A stretch of DNA of 64,000 nucleotides from the human T2T-CHM13v2.0 reference genome, Homo sapiens (GCF_009914755.1 NC_060927.1), one strand, 5' to 3'; positions 1-15,047 are shown, counted from the stretch's first letter. Program-made: numbers and translations. The notes: generated by a model not told the origin, from the sequence alone.

Positions 1-904
1 AATTTTAATTTCAACTTTCCACTTCACTATTTTTAAATATTTAAATTCTTTAAGCATTTTATGGTAGAAAAATATCTTGCATTTGTCTAAAACTTTACAC
101 TTCTCAGGATGTAAAAAATTACATTTTATTCTCAAAATAAGTGAAAATTGGCACTTTTATTCCCAGTTGAACAGTCAGTCAGCAAATATTTGTTAAATGC
201 CCTACTCTGTGGTAGACTCTAGGGATGTGGTAGCTGCAAGACAATATTTCCTCTGTCAAGGAGTTTATTTATTTTAGTGGAATAAGTATTTTAAAAACGA
301 GATGCAGAGACACCATGAAGTTAAGTGGCTTGCTGATCACACAGTGGTATGTGCTAACTCCTTAGTCTCTTAACTCTAAGATCAGGGTCCCTTGTCTTAT
401 ACCACAGTATTTCAGAATTATTTTTTAATTAAATGTAAAAATATAAGAGTATTACTAAAACTTATGTGCATTATTAAAGCAAAGTAATATAAAGAATCCT
501 CAATAAAACCACAGGCTACTGTTTACTCAGCTGATGCAAAGTTAACTAATTCTCTTATTACAATGTTGATGAGTGTTTATACTACCTGACTGGGAAGAAA
601 ACTATCCCACCAACACACATTTATTTTGGGCAAATAGCTTTACTTTTATGGTTCTTAATTTACACTTATAATAATTGAGATTAGATCAAATGATGTAATT
701 CATATTTCTTCTGATTTTTAGATACTAAATTAAAATTTTAATATTTCTTAAGAATTCAATGTGGTGCTTTACTCTTTATTGGAGTTTCAAAAATAAAATA
801 AGATCTAATACTTGCACCAAAATAATCTAGCCATGAAGGCAAGACATACACATGAAATATTTTTAAATGTGAATATGAGTGATACATACGATAAGATTCT
901 GGAA

Positions 905-1126
905 CAATTGGGGTTAATTTTGCCTCCCTGGGAGACATTTGAAAATCATATCTGCAGATACTTTTGGTGATCACTATTTGGGGGTGACTCCCATTGATAT
1001 CTAGTGGGTAGAGGCTAAGAATGTTGCCAACCATCCTGCAAGGCACAGGAAAGCCCCCACAAAAAAATTGCAAACACAAAATTACCTGGACCAAAATGTC
1101 AATAATGTTGAGACTGAGAAACACTG
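905..1126 (+). mobile_element. MER20 (hAT-Charlie MITE), 5' end degraded
   Basis: Characteristic MER20 motifs: ATCTAGTGGGTAGAGGCTAAGAATGTTGCCAACCATCCTGCAAGGCACAGG and CCAAAATGTCAATAATGTTGAGACTGAGAAACACTG. Confidence 0.8.
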
Positions 1127-2356
1127 CTCTAAAAATTCAGAGATAAAAAACACTATGGCAAGAAAAGATCGGGAAAGTTTTATTGAGGAACTGTTTTTCC
1201 AGGAACCCCTGGCATGGTTACATCTGGAGAACCACAGCATGAACAAGATTATGGAGAAAGGAATCAGCGTTGTTTATATGGGGAACCATGAGAAACCCCG
1301 TGCAGCTGGAGTGGCGGCCTCGCATATCAAATAGACAGTGAGTTCGGTGCTATATTGTGGAGAACCTCAAATGCCAGAATAAAGACTTCTTACTTTATTT
1401 ATTAGACATTGGGGAGCCATTTAATGGGGATCCTTTAGAGTAAGCAGTGTTTTAGTTAGATTAGTCAGGCAGTGGTCTGAGCATTGTTGTAGTGGAGAGG
1501 CTGGAAGACAATCAGGAGGTTATTATAACAATCCAACCTTGAGGTATTGAGTATTAATTCAAGCAGAACTTTACTTAACCATGATGCTTGTACCACAAAT
1601 CCTTGTCTAAATGCAATTACAGATTAGGGTAAAGCCATCCAGCAACAGTAGCACCAAATCATGTTTCACACAGTGCATAAACAATGAGTACTAGCTTATA
1701 AATTACATGGATTAGTTAAGCTGTGCAATCTTGCTCATGTGTTTATATTGTGTTTTTGATATGTTTCAAAAAATGTCATTTTACTTCACAAACTGAAGCA
1801 ATAAAAATATCACCTGCTAACATGTTAGCTTTTATCACTTCAATGCTGGGTCCTTTCTGTCTCTGGTTCCTATGTCCTCTCTAGAGCAGTATTCCATAAA
1901 TGCTGAGTTCCATGAATCACAGTGACAAATACATTACTTTGTAAGTTTGCTGTCATGATTGTTTCCACTTGCCTAGGCAAAAATAAAAAAAAAAAACCAC
2001 CCAAAAGTTAACCTTTCAGGTTTTCAGTGGAAGACGAAGTGAAAATATTGGGAAGTTATTTTGATGCTTATAAATTTAATTATTGACTTAGTAAGATTGA
2101 CACAAGCAACAATATTTTTCCTTCTTCACTCTCTTGTTTTCCACGGCTCTGATTGAATAACTAACCCCAGTTATATCACTGTAATTAATGCATTAAAGCT
2201 TATATTTGAACCAGAGAATTGATCATTTGAAGCCTGGAAGAAGCAGTCTTGTGACCATCACGGCAAAAGTAACTTGTTCTTCCCAGTTACAGTGGAACAA
2301 CTACCTTGCTATACCCTGTTTGTAGTCAAATCTCAATAGATATCAAAGGTATAGAT

Positions 2357-2758
2357 TATCAACCTAAATAAAAAACAGAGAGAGGCTAAAATATATTTAT
2401 TTGGGAATAGAGCATTGCAGTGAAAATATGTATGCCATAGTGAACTATGTGTATACTCAGGGATAAAAGGTTTTTTTTTATTTTTTAATGAGAAGGATTA
2501 CATAACTGTTTTGAAATAATTATTCTTGGCTACACAGATTAATAATTAAGTCTCAGATTGGACAGACAGTTGCTAGGCAGAAGTTTTTGCAGAAGCATTT
2601 TTTGTGTAAGATTGTGATGGCCTTTGTGCAAGGTTGTGGTTATTGTATAGTCTTTTTCGCTGTGAGGCATAGAAACGTGAGAACCCCCTTTTCCTGGCTT
2701 TATCTGTCAGGGTTTTCTTAGCATTCATGACTCCATTTTGAATCTGACAACTTTCACA
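2357..2758 (-). mobile_element. MER65-family solo LTR (ERV1)
   Basis: The reverse complement begins TGTGAAAGTTGTCAGATTCAAAATGGAGTCA and ends ...TTTAGGTTGATA, matching recalled MER65 termini. A minus-strand AATAAA lies near 2400. Confidence 0.75.
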
Positions 2759-3125
2759 GAATAAACAAATGAATGGATGGAAGATAATATAACATGGCAA
2801 AGATGCTAGAATTGATTCCTGGCCTTGTCAACCATTAGCTATTGGGAGGAATAGATTTTTTTTTAAAATAGAAAGAAAAAGTAAATACTCTCTTTCTTTG
2901 GTATTAGAAAAGATGTTCTAAGAAATTTTTAATTTAGAAAACCGTCTGCTTTCAAACACTGGCTATTTTGGAGATATTCATGACTGATTTAGATATAAGT
3001 TTAAATCACAGAGAATAAAATGAATAGCTGACTTAGTCATTTGAATTAAAACTTTCTTTCATGATGAATAAGGCTTTTGAAAAATTAAATAAACTAAAAT
3101 TAACTTTTCTATGAAGAACGTATTA

Positions 3126-3746
3126 CAATAATCTTCCCTTATCCATAGATCCTCTCTCTGCAGTCTCAGTTACCTGTGGTCAACTAGGATCTGAAAATAT
3201 TAAATAGAAAATTTCAGAAATACAAATTCATAAATTTTAAATTGTGTGTTATTCTGTGGCATGTGATAAAATTTCATACTGTCTTGCTTCATCCTGCCCA
3301 GAAAACAAATCTTCCCTTTGTCCAGCATTGCCACACTGTATAGTCCACCCTCCTGTTGTGAGCCATCTTACTTATCAGATCGACTAAGGTGGAGGTATTA
3401 CAATGCTTGTGTTCAAATCACCTTTATTTTACTAAATAATGCTCCGAAAAGCAAGAGTAATTATCTTAACAATTCAGATATGCAAAAGAGAAGCCATAAA
3501 GTGCTTCCTTTAAGTAACATGGTGAAAGTTCTTGACTTAATAAAGAAAGAAAAATAATGGTGTGCTGGGCTTGCTAAGATCTAAGGTAAGAACAAATCTA
3601 TCTGTGGAGAAGAAAAAAGAAATACATGCTTGTTTTTCTGTCATACCTCAAACTTTATAGTACTTATAGGTTTTGGTGCTATATGTGGTTTGTGGCATCC
3701 ACTTGGGTCTTGGAACATATTCTCTGTGAATCAGGGGAGACTACTG
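3126..3746 (+). mobile_element. MER44 (Tigger7-derived non-autonomous DNA transposon)
   Basis: Degenerate TIRs CAATAATCTTCCCTTATCC ... GAATCAGGGGAGACTACTG, flanked by TA at 3124-3125 and 3747-3748. Internal MER44 motif AAAGAGAAGCCATAAAGTGCTTCCTTTAAGT. Confidence 0.8.
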
Positions 3747-5263
3747 TATTGAAATACTTTAACTAAACAGTATGCACTTGACATGTAAACAAGTTTCAGG
3801 AAAACTGACTTCCAGTGGTTATTCTGCTGGTAAGAATAAAGTCCCATTCAGTAGGCCATTCTGTTGATGTGAACACAGTCTTACTCTGTGATAGGCCTTG
3901 TGCCCAGGAGGGAGAAGACAAACTAACCAACAACTTGAGGGAAGATAAGAGACACAAGTGTCAATGCGCATGTGCACTGAAAGGCCATCATTAGGGCTAA
4001 CTGATTTGAAGATGCTGCTCAAAATATTCCTTTATTTGGTTTCTATGTGCCTGCAATGCGGTTACTTTAGAGCCTATTCATAAAAGAGGTGAGCTGAACA
4101 GCAGATAATTTCCTTAGCACCAAGAAGTATTGGAGGTGAAAACAACTCAGAACGCACTCGTCTGCGGTCATTCACTATGGCATTAAAGTTGCCTGGGAGT
4201 TGGCCGCCTATCATTGAGGCAAAGATTTCCTTGGATTATTGTTGTGGGTAGCTGAAAAGGCCTGAAACTGTCCTTGGGTATGATGGACACCTTTGAACAC
4301 ACACAACCATTTTTTAGGCCACTTCTTGATAGGAATTGCCTGCCTCCCATCCAGCGATGTCCTTCATGCCAAAGTCCTGCCTCTTAGAGAGGAGCTAGTG
4401 TTGCCTCACTTATACCAATCACAGTGCACTATTCTGCCACTGTGGGCCTTGGCTCAAGGAGATGCCACCTTATTTTAAAGATTTCGTTCCAGACTTCTGA
4501 TAAGCTACCTCAAAACTTCTAAAATGAAGGAAAGTTTTAAGTCAAAATATTGGCTATTTGAATGATCTAAGGCATCTGCTTTATACTGTGGTCCACCATG
4601 CAAGGCTGATTTGGGAGGCACAGTTGTAGTTAGACCACAGTGGAGATTGGTTTGCTCATTCCTCAGCTGAAATGTAAAGCTTGAATTAAAGGTGTTTTCA
4701 CTTGGAAATCGCCTTAGAATGGTTTTGTTTCTCTTAGACACACAGAGGCTCAACGTTTTCACACTGGGAGAAAATAGTGGCTATTATAAAAATAAATGCA
4801 TGCTCATAGGAATGTCATAATTAATCTTAGGGATATGTGGCTTTTTTTTTAAGAATGTCATTGACAAGCCTTCTTGGTTATAAAAAAGTAGGCCTTACAA
4901 TTTAGTCTGGAGTTGAGAATAACATAAATGTGAGATAAATTATGCTGTACAATTAAGTAGGAGAAGTTGGGGACTCTAATAGGGCATCTGGACAGGGTAA
5001 TAGGTTGAATGGGTCTAGAAGCGGGGAGCAGAGCAGAGACAGGTATTGCAACAGAAGGTGAGAGTGGGACCCAACGCATGTGAGAGTGGGCCCTAATACT
5101 AGACAGGGGCCAAAGAAGACAGATGACTGATAAGAAATTCCCTGTAGTAGTGATAACTAAGGAACATTGAAAGACAAATGATGTCTAAACATTCCTTTTA
5201 AAGTTGTCTCATTTTGTCCTGTGTCATAATCTCCCTACACTTTTATTAAAAATAGATATAATC

Positions 5264-5681
<418 letters not shown>

Positions 5682-5790
5682 CTAAACGCGGCCTCGAAAT
5701 TCTGAGCTGGAATCAAAAGTTTCAGGAAGAGATAGTGGATATCCCACTGCAGTGTACAAAGGAGAGCTCTTGTTATTTATATAGATATGA

Positions 5791-6108
<318 letters not shown>

Positions 6109-9100
6109 TGAAAGATGACTCTTGAAGACTGCAAGGTTTGGGGAGACTTGCTCACATTAGACATAAACCCAAGAGGAGAGAGGACAAGGAAAGGGGAAAA
6201 TATGAGGAACAGAGCCCCAAATTCATGAGTTCTTACTTTTTTCTCTGACCCCCTTAAATATTTCCTATATGTTAAATCAGATTAAAATGAAGGTGGGTAC
6301 AACATTGAGAAGAAAAGAAAATGCAAAAGAGCAGCAAGGAAGCAGCAGGCATTCTGAGGACAAAATGATACTAGTTAACACTGACATAGGTCTATCTTTG
6401 TACTTGGTTCCCATCAAGGCGTTCAGATAACAATTCAGGCTTTTATTTAGCATCATCTGGCAAAGCCGCATCTTCTCCCTCCAGGCCTGGGAACTTTCTC
6501 AATCTAGTTTTACTGCTCCCCAGGGACCTCCCCAAGTGGAATAGACCTAACAAATGTGATGCTTTTGATATTCTTCTGAGGGTAGAGGTGATGGCTTCGA
6601 GATAAAAGCAGATATAAAGGGTTATCAATCAGTAGTCCAGAGGGAAGGAACATCCTTAGGAGAGTGGAAAGTGCAAAAGATAATCCAAACCAATGTCCTT
6701 AGTATTTCTAAAAGTTGCTGAATGCTTGGGTGGGATTTGGAAGAACAATTTTAAACATGCATTATTTATTTAAGTGACTTTATTGGTGTGTCAGTTAATG
6801 AGTTCTAGTCTTCAAGAAGGATATGACAATATGAACATCAATCTTTAGAAGATAAACATTACTCTGGAAGGAAAACAAACCTGAAGCTTTATGTAGGACC
6901 TGGAAAATTTAACTCTCTGGGCTTAGTTTCCTCATCTGTGAAATAGAAATTGGAATAATTGATTTTCTCATGCTTCCAGTTCAAAGATTTTATGATTTGG
7001 TAATATTAATCCAACAAAATTTATTAACATTGAGTGCTAATTAAATTCAAGGCCCTTTAAAGATTCTAGTGATACAAGATTGATCTTTGTCTTCAAATAT
7101 CATAAAAGTAATTGGATAAATGGAGTGTAGAGATAAATGAGAACGTATAAATTCCATTCCACAAACTCACCTGTATGAAAAATAAGGATTGTTTTTTGTT
7201 TTCTAAAAAGTAACTTAATGTCATGTAAAAGCTGTGATCTTGTTACTTTGGGGCTTTTCCCTGCCTTTCTCCAGAATTGTGCCATACACAGTTCTGGGGG
7301 CTCATGTAACGCCAAACAAGGGTAGACTATGGTACCCAGTTATGTATATATATAAGCTAACGTTAGGAAATTCAGGGTCCCAGCTTGGATGGCCTCCTCA
7401 TATCCTGTGATGGTCTGCTGCTTCCTTGCCAGGTTTGGGACATGGAGAGTGTCTTCAAGACTTCCTGTGCCCATCTGCAACGTATACCATACAGGCAACA
7501 CTCTCTGAGTTCCTGGGATGTTTCTGCATTCTAAAGGGACCTGCGTGCTCTGAAAAATTGCAGACGTTGCCTCTTTGTTCTTTCCCAGGATATATCTTTA
7601 GTCTGGGGCAAATCATTTTCCCTTGACATTTCCTTAAAGCTACTCTGTTTATGTTTGCAAGCTCTCTAAGTTCTCCATTGGGTTTTGGGTTTTGAAATAT
7701 CAAAATAAGAAAGACTTTCAAGCTACTTCTTGGTCGGCCTCCCCTGAAGCAATGAACCGCAGAGGCTGCTGCCTTCTTTAAACGAATGGAAGGGAGACGG
7801 AAATACACTGAGACCAAAATTAATAACTCAAATAACTTGATTTTATTAAAGGCTAAAAAACAATAGAAAACATAAGAGAATGATCGTTTTTTACTGGATG
7901 CGCGTGTCTGTTTAGAATTATAAGTGCATTTTTAACACTGCATAACTGTAACATGTAGAATCTTGCAAAGCCTTGAGAGGAGGCAACTCGGAGGGTTTGA
8001 GAGAGCAGGAAGAATTGTCAGCCTCTTCTGAAAAGGGCTAGAGAGGATGCCAATCTTAACTGCTCTACAAATTAACAGAAAATTAAGAGTATTCTTTCCA
8101 GAGGGGAACTCAATGAAAGTGCCAAGTCAGGGTGGGTGGTTTATGGAAGGGGGAAGGTGGAAATATGCCCCTGTTATTGTTGGGTGAAAAACAGAATGGG
8201 GAAAAGGAAGAGCAGGCAAAGAATCACATAAGGAAAAATACCTCTGGGAAGGGGGGCTTCCCGTCTTAGTCTGCGAGGTCACTGGATTCTCAAATATGGG
8301 CTCTGAAAATGAGCTTCAAGAATCTGGGAGGGCCTGGAGAAAGCTTACAATATTTTCTGTTTAATTTCCCTGAGAATCTAGTACGTGAATATGTTTGAAT
8401 TCTGGAAGGAAGGTTGGTGGGGAATGACCAGAGGCATGGCGACTTGCCAAAGGGTAAAGGTTTTTTCTCAAGGCACAGAAAGTTACAACTTGGGTTTTTA
8501 CGCTGAGGTAGCTGACCAGATAAAAGACAGGGCAGTGTGAACTCAGAGAAGCATCAGGGTAACCTAGTACCCACAAAGATGACCAGCACAAAAGCTCCAG
8601 TGTGAATATTCTCCAAATTAGGCTTGTGGCATCTAGCGTAGATGGGGTTGGTGAGGATAGGAATGGAGGGCCTGCATGCCCAGAAATGAAACCAGCCAAA
8701 CCAGTCTGTGGTTAAACCCACTTTATGTTATGAGCAAAAAATGTGCACTGTAAATAGGACTGTTTCTCTGATTTTGCTACTTTTTTGTTTTTAATTTTGT
8801 TTTTCCGTTAGCAGAGATGCTTTTGAATATTCTAGTCTCCTTTTGGTGAGACGCCTTGGAAAATTCCAGGTTATCTCGATTGAGCTATAAGATCAAAAAA
8901 TCTCTTCCTCTCTCCACACTTAAACTTGGAGAACAAAAGGGAGCTGAGTGTTTTCAGGGTCAGTGTGTGGGTTGCAGCTGCCCCGTTGCCCAGTGGACCA
9001 GCAGACCTTGTCTTATGAGCAGTAGAGCAAAGTAAGAAGTGGTAGAGTTAAGGGGACACTTGAGATGTTCCTGAACTAAATACAGGGTGTGTTAAGTGCT

Positions 9101-10781
9101 GAACATGCAGTTCTTAAACTCAGCACTGTAGGATGTCCTGGCAGGGAGAAATAGCTAAGGTTGGGTTTGCTAAGAAAGACTTCATGAAATAGTTTTGATT
9201 TGAAATCGACCTTGAGGAATGAGTAAGGACTCAGAGATATGTACTTAGGTATGCTTATGTTTTATCTATACATATTAGTTTCGACACTCAATTCATTAAA
9301 CACAGCCCATTCCAGGAGCAGCCTTGTAAAGTCACGTTTTCACATTCTGGGTTCTCAGGGTTGGCTGTGTGTGAATGAGGAAGGAGGAAAAGTTTCTTTC
9401 AAAGTTACCACAGCAAAGTAAGTTGATAGTGAATTAAATGAAGATACGTGGAATATTCTACAGAAACTAATTTTTAGGAAATCTGAAAACCTGGATGAAT
9501 CATGGTTTTATTATCTCCTTAGATGAGTTATGAGATGGAAGATAAATATTAGCAGGCAGCAAATTACTGTGCTTCAGCCTATGGTGAAGAGAACTCTGAC
9601 CTTGTCTTTCACAGCTTTATGAGCAGTGGGGCAAAGTAAGAAGATCATCTGGTTAGTTTCTTATGCATATGTATATATCTGCAGGATTTTAACTTGGAGA
9701 TTGATCATTGAACCATAGATCTAATAGCTTTTAGATGCTTTGTTTGAGGAGAGAGGCTTTCACTTTAGAAAGACTGGTTACTACGTCTTGTTATGTTACT
9801 AACTAGCACTGTGACCTTGGGCAAAATACTTAATCTTAGTATTTCCTTATTTTGAGAGTTAGATTATGTTAGGGGTCCCTGATATTTCTCTGGGTAGGAG
9901 CTGTCCTTTCCCTTTGCCTCTTCTGAAGCTCGCAGTCAGATAAAAAATTCTAAATGTTATTTTAGTTCTGAAGAGGGATAATAAAGAACTGTTATTAATT
10001 TCATAACTTTATGTAACTTGTAGTATAAGACTGTAACCCTTCCAGCTATGTCAAAATCTCTGGGGTTAGAAGAATTTGTGAATAATAAAATTGAGAAATT
10101 TGAGAGGGTGTTAAAGTGAGATTGTTATTAATAAAATTCCTGAGCTATATTAAGGAAGAAACACCATTGACTCCTTTATAAGGAATCCTAGAAAATTACA
10201 AGAAATGGGCATTTGCTGTCAAAAAAAAAAACCTCATGGGCTCTTCAACCATTCACATTCCAACCAATGCTTACTTTTCAGGCCTAGAGACCGTTTATCC
10301 TGAACCTGAGACTTCAGCTAACTTTTTCTTAGAAAATTCTAGGATTGGCTTATATCTGGAGATGAAATAGTTATAGTCCCCAGTATCTTCACATCCTGCT
10401 TTTCTGAAAGCGAAACCTTTTTCATTTTAGGCTTTTTAAACAATCACTTGAGGAAAATTCCAGGCTAAAAATCACTTAAGTCACCGTAGACATGGTTTGT
10501 GCTGCCTATTGGTTCTGTTTCCTTGGCTAAATGCTCTGCAGATCCTTATTTAGACAGTTCTGGATTATAGGCTTGGAATAGTCAGGCTGTTGTTAGAATA
10601 TTTTTCCTGCTCTCCCCTTTCCTAATGTAGGCTTCACCTACGGGCTTCTGCTGGTCTGTTAGTCAATGCTCAAGGTCTCTTCCAGAATTAAAGTATTAAG
10701 ATTCTATATGAAGGTTTAGAAATATTTGTGCCTTTTTTGGCTTTACAAATAGTATCTAAATTTCTGAGCTAGAATGGAAAC

Positions 10782-10848
10782 ATAATAAGGGGAGATGTAA
10801 TAAGGGGAGATATGATAAGGAGATATAATGAGAGATATAATAAGGGGG
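10782..10848. repeat. Short degenerate minisatellite, unit about ATAATAAGGGGAGAT, about 4.5 copies
   Basis: ataataaggggagatgtaataaggggagatatgataaggagatataatgagagatataataagggggg. Confidence 0.75.
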
Positions 10849-11270
10849 GCAAAATACAATTTCTCTCATAAGAAGAGTTGAAGCTTTCTTTGCTTAATGT
10901 GAAGCATCAATGTTTATACACGGGTTTTCCCATTGGCATAGATCTTTGTATGAGTCCCAGCATTTGTGAATAGGAGCAGGGATTCTCATCCTGTCTCTAT
11001 CTCATCCATTTTCTTCAGAGATGTTGCAGGTGCCCTGATATAAAGTCCTGATTCATCTCTGGGAGTGATACTTGCTAACATAGTAAGTCAGTGCTTGCAT
11101 TATGTGTAAAAAGTTTGCTGGGCAAATTTTAAATGGTATTGAGCAGCAAGGAAGTTCTGGGGTTTGACAAGGGGCGGGATTTTGGAATTTTTGCTCTAGT
11201 TTCCATTCCAGAAACACTTCTCTGTCCACTAGTTAAAACATTTTGGTGTCGATAGAAATACAATCTAAAG

Positions 11271-11923
11271 TTTTTTTTTTTTTTTTATACTCTAAGTTTT
11301 AGGGTATATGTGCACATTGTGCAGGTTAGTTACGTATGTATACATGTGCCATGCTGGTGCGCTGCACCCACTAACTCGTCATCTAGCATTAGGTATATCT
11401 CCCAATGCTATCCCTCCCCACTCCCCCCACCCCACAACAGTCCCCAGAGTGTGATGTTCCCCTTCCTGTGTCCAATTGATCTCATTGTTCAATTCCCACC
11501 TATGAGTGAGAATATGCGGTGTTTGGTTTTTTGTTCTTGCGATAGTTTACTGAGAATGATGATTTCCAATTTCATCCATGTCCCTACAAAGGACATGAAC
11601 TCATCATTTTTTATGGCTGCATAGTATTCCATGGTGTATATGTGCCACATTTTCTTAATGCAGTCTATCATTGTTGGACATTTGGGTTGGTTCCAAGTCT
11701 TTGCTATTGTGAATAATGCTGCAATAATCATACGTGTGCATGTGTCTTTATAGCAGCATGATTTATAGTCCTTTGGGTATATACCCAGTAATGGGATGGC
11801 TGGGTCAAATGGTATTTTTAGTTCTAGATCCCTGAGGAATCGCCACACTGACTTCCACAATGGTTGAACTAGTTTACAGTCCCACCAACAGTGTGCTGGA
11901 GAGGATGTGGAGAAATAGGAACA
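11271..11923 (-). mobile_element. Young 5'-truncated L1 (L1PA2/L1HS-like): 3'UTR plus ORF2 C-terminus, with a 30-bp 5' inversion
   Basis: Near-consensus L1HS-type 3'UTR. ORF 11489-11950 encodes the ORF2p C-terminus (HCWWDCKLVQPLWKSVWRFL...IFSLIGGN). TSD CTAAAGTTTTT at 11265-11275 and 11926-11936, at a TT/AAAAA endonuclease site. Inverted segment at 11894-11923. Confidence 0.95.
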
Positions 11924-13493
11924 AGCTAAAGTTTTTAATGAAAGTGACACTTGGTCACATTCTTCTATTTTCCTACTCTACTTTAAAAAGTGTGTGGGCT
12001 GGTTCTCAGGGAAGGGTGCAGAGAAATTACTACCTTTGCCCCATATGACCTCAAGCCTCTAAAATTATTGATTCTTCAATACAGTGAGAATTCATAACCC
12101 TGATTATATTTGCAACAATGAAAGTCACATGGTCATTTCAGAATTATTACATATTTATAGAGTATGGATTACATGATATTTATAGTCCTAATTCAATAGC
12201 AAACACACAGTTTCCATGCTACAAATGGCTATGAAAATTACAAGAACCATGGAAATTAGATTTATATGGGCTTCTGTGGCTGCCTGAATTCCACAAGAGG
12301 AATGCCAGATTATTTTTTATTGCCAGACCCCATACTTAGGAAAACCATGAAAAATTTGGAATTTTTAAATAACTGTCACAAAGATACAGTTCAATTTAGA
12401 CTAAAAATTCATTATTAGGCAATCCTTCCATCACACCCCAAACAATTCTCTGTCTTCCTTTCTCTCCAACCCCTAGTACTTTTGCCATGCTACTGATATT
12501 TTATTGGCTTCATGTTTAACATAAAATTCTAAAAATATTATGACCATGGATTACTAGTTCAAAAGTCATAGCTAAATGTTATCATTTTGATGTCTTTTAT
12601 TGGCTGGCCTAGATTCTTAAAGAGGAATCTTAAGCTACGTCTGTCGGTAAGTATTTAGAAATCACCTGTTATGAGTTCAAAGCTGTTGTTAGGTTGGTGA
12701 GCATACAACAAACTTCCAGGCATTATTCTTATTTTCAAAGAACTTATAATAACAGGTGTGACAAATGGCTTAGAGGAGAGATTGATGTTAAAAAACAGCT
12801 CTTAGGAAATTATTGTGGATCTATAAACTTTGGGTAACAATGCTTTCTATTAGTTTAGTACATTTACAAGAGGAATATAGACCTGAGAATCAGAGATACA
12901 TTGATGGCTACAGGTGAGTTGTGTTATGTATGAAGGTCAAAAGTGATAGGAATGACTTTGGGATTGAGTTCACGTACGTGCATAAATTAATCTGAATAAT
13001 GACCTCATGAGTAGATTTTACTATCTCATTGAGCCCTGAGAAGTTTACATCACATCTAATAGAAATTATCTTTAAAAGTATAAGATATATGTATATGTGT
13101 GTGCATAAATATGTAAAAATGTATGCATTCATATCTATTTATCTATCACCTATCTATCACCTATCTACATTTCTTTTTGTCTACAGATGTATGTACATAT
13201 CTATTGCTTATCTATCTACACTCGTACATAGACAAACAGACATTATACAGACAGCCTATTAAATAGCTCTAGTGACCTTAATCCAGAGCTTAAAAATACC
13301 CGGGGATATTTATAAATAAATATATCTATTAATCTTCCTTCATTTTTTAGATCACTGCCCATGTGGGTGCAAGTGAATCCTTCTCCCTGAAGATTTCTAT
13401 TCTTTATCCATGTCATTTATTTCTATGGAATGCACTATGGATGTCAGCCTCATTTAGGTATTCCATACTTCATTAGTAAGAAATCATAGTCCA

Positions 13494-13815
<322 letters not shown>

Positions 13816-14747
13816 TCATAGTCTATATTCACCATCTTTTTTATAAGCTCTAAATTTCTTATTTATATTTGGCATCATGGTATTTTTCAGTGTATTTTTC
13901 TTCGGAGACTCTTAGATTTTAATCCATAAATGTGTGGTAGAATCAAGTCTCTGCCTTTCTCCTCATCGGTATAATATTTCCAAACAATGGAGCTTTAGGA
14001 TACATAAACATTAATTTCTGGTTGACCACTTTCCCAGGGTCATAGTATTTTGCTTCAATTAATATTACATTTAAATATTTGCATATCCCATATAGTGTCT
14101 TCGGATTAAATAGAGAACATATGATTAATTTCTTTGGTAGCCACATCACTGCTCTTGATACCTTATTAACATATAAATGATTCAGTTGAAAATGAAATGT
14201 ATTCCCACTACATTTAGTCAGAATGTGGTCAAAGCCACCTCGTTAGGAATATTTCCCATGTATCTCTCTCTCTTCATCTAACACCCCACCTCTCTTTTTT
14301 CTGTTATCTACTCTTGTAAGATCTTTACTCATAAATGACAGCTTTCCCCCGTGCTCAAAATTATACCTCTTACCTTTTTCATTAAGTTTTACAATAAAAT
14401 GGATAAAAAGCTTATATAAATGTTAGCCTAGATTTTTCTTTAAGAAAATCGTCCAATCTTAAGTAGATTGTCATTAATGTGCCTTTTAGGAAAGGTCTCA
14501 ATTTTGGCTGGTTGTGCTAGCTATGAAATGAAAACACTGCACAGAAAGTCAAGATAGTGATGTAGCTGTAATGCGGCTTGTGCTACGTGTGTTCTGGCCT
14601 GAACTGGGTGGGGAGGAGGGGGGTGTATCTGGATGATTTTTTAGAGAAATAATTTCTAGACTGAGATCTGAAGGACTAAAGTTAGTCGAGAAGGTGGGAG
14701 GTAGGAGAGTTATAATAAAGGGAATAGACTGTAGAAAGAAATCAAGA

Positions 14748-15047
14748 AGAAAGGTTAATTCATGAGTACGAATATACAGTTAGATAGAAAAAATAAGACC
14801 TGTGATTCCATAGATCAGTAGGGTGATGATAGTTAACATCAATCTACTGTACATATCAAAACGGCTAGAAGAGAATAATTTAAATGTTCCTAGCATAATT
14901 ATATAAATTATATAAATATAAAAAGATAGATATATAATGTGAAAGATACCCCAATTACCCTGATTTGGGTGTATGAATGTATTAAATTATTACATGTACC
15001 CCTGAAAATATGTACATCTATTATGGATATTATGGATGTACAATGAA
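14748..15047 (+). mobile_element. L1MA-type 3' end fragment
   Basis: L1MA 3'UTR motifs (TACAGTTAGATAGAA..AATAAGACCT; CCCAATTACCCTGATTTG; ACATGTACCCC..AAATATGTACA). Perfect TSD AAAGAAATCAAGA at 14735-14747 and 15048-15060. Confidence 0.8.
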
